Assembly: GCA_030390025.1 (NCBI GenBank)
Contig: CM059432.1
Span: 21,268,001-21,332,000, forward strand
Source: Squalus acanthias
Lineage: Eukaryota
Reading direction: 5' to 3'
DNA: 64,000 nt
A model generated the notes under the pieces. The model was given only the letters and a program-made list of their open reading frames with translations, was not told where the DNA came from and did no database searches. The position numbers and the translations under genes are program-made. Positions 63,000 through 64,000 of this stretch are shown piece by piece (the stretch's first letter is position 1; every line of letters begins with the position of its first letter).

Positions 63000-64000
63000 A
63001 GCTGAGCGGGGATCAGGAGTGCGGCGAGAGCGGAACAACTCAACACAGGCAGAATTTGAAAGAGCGACATCAGAGTAAAAAACCTAAAGTGATGTCAGCA
63101 CGAGGGAAGGAGCTGATTGGTGAGTAGCTGGTGAGTTTTCTTTACGTTTATTCCTGTTAAGTTCTGCTAAAGAGCGCGGTCGGAGAGAGGCTCTTCAAGT
63201 TATGGGCCGGGGTTAAATAGCTGGTTAGGGATAAAGCAGCAGTCTGGAGATTAGTAACTGTTAATTCTACATTAAATTAGTAACTGTTAATATATTATAT
63301 TAATAACTTGAATTAGGTACATCTTAGTCTTAAGTTTCTGTAACGTTAGTTAATAGTCGAATAAATAAAGGCATGGCGGCTCAGTCCCGCGGAATGTGCA
63401 TCCTGTGCCATGTGGGAAATCCAGGACACTTCCCATGTCCTGGACAACCACGTGTGCAGGAAGTGTCGTCAGCTGGAGGTGCACGAGTTCCGGGTTTCGG
63501 AGCATGAGCAGCAGCTGGCGTCACTGCGGTGCATCCGCGAGGGTGAGAGCTACGTGGATAGCACATTTCAGGAGGTGGTCACCCCGCAGCTGAGGAGTGT
63601 GCAGGCAGAGAGGAAATGGGTGACCGCCAGACAGAAGAGGAGGACCAGGCAGGTTGTGCAGGAGTCCCCCGAGTGCATCTCGCTCTCCAACCAGTATTCT
63701 GTTCTGAGTACTGGTGAGGGCAATGGTTCCTCTGGGGAGTACAGCCAGAGCCAAGTCCACGGCACCATGGGTGTCTCAGCTGTACAGGGGGGGAGGAGGA
63801 AGATAGGGAAAGTAATAGTGATAGGGGATTCGATAGTTAGGGGAGCAGACAGGCGTTTCTGAGGCTGCAGTCATGACTCCAGGATGGTATGTTGCCTCCC
63901 TGGTGCCAGGGTTAAGGATGTTACCGAGTGGCTGCAGAACATTCTGAGGGGGGAGGGTGAAAAGCCAGAGGTCATGGTCCATATTAGTACCAACGACATA
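63000..64000 (+). mobile_element. CR1 LINE 5' UTR and ORF1 (zinc finger, leucine zipper, SGNH esterase), running off the window
   Basis: From about 63373: ECASCAMWEIQD...HVCRKCRQL..., VIVIGDSIVRGADRRF*...MVCCLPGARVKDV...VMVHISTND. Confidence 0.9.

Overview
Repeat-dense vertebrate genomic DNA. The repeat content (CR1/L2 LINEs, Deu-domain tRNA SINEs, Penelope-like elements with minimal hammerheads, Harbinger debris) is typical of a cartilaginous fish; this assignment is an inference. No host protein-coding gene could be identified, and most ORF-track entries are fragments of decayed LINE or Harbinger ORFs or chance ORFs. The main feature is an intact, very young 4.42-kb Ty3/Gypsy LTR retrotransposon (37957-42376) with identical 183-bp LTRs, a CTGAG target-site duplication (TSD) and one 1318-aa Gag-Pol ORF, inserted in a CR1. 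It has no tRNA primer-binding site. The sequence next to the 5' LTR is instead complementary to the LTR's own ATTAAA region, which suggests self-priming, and the RT motif is YLDN rather than YxDD. Also notable: three short, near-perfect fold-back Penelope-like insertions with 11-13 bp TSDs (two carry a hammerhead ribozyme on each strand), a nested Harbinger-in-Harbinger complex, three probable solo LTRs, and a CR1 subfamily with a duplicated 3' module. Boundaries of old decayed repeats are approximate (tens of bp).
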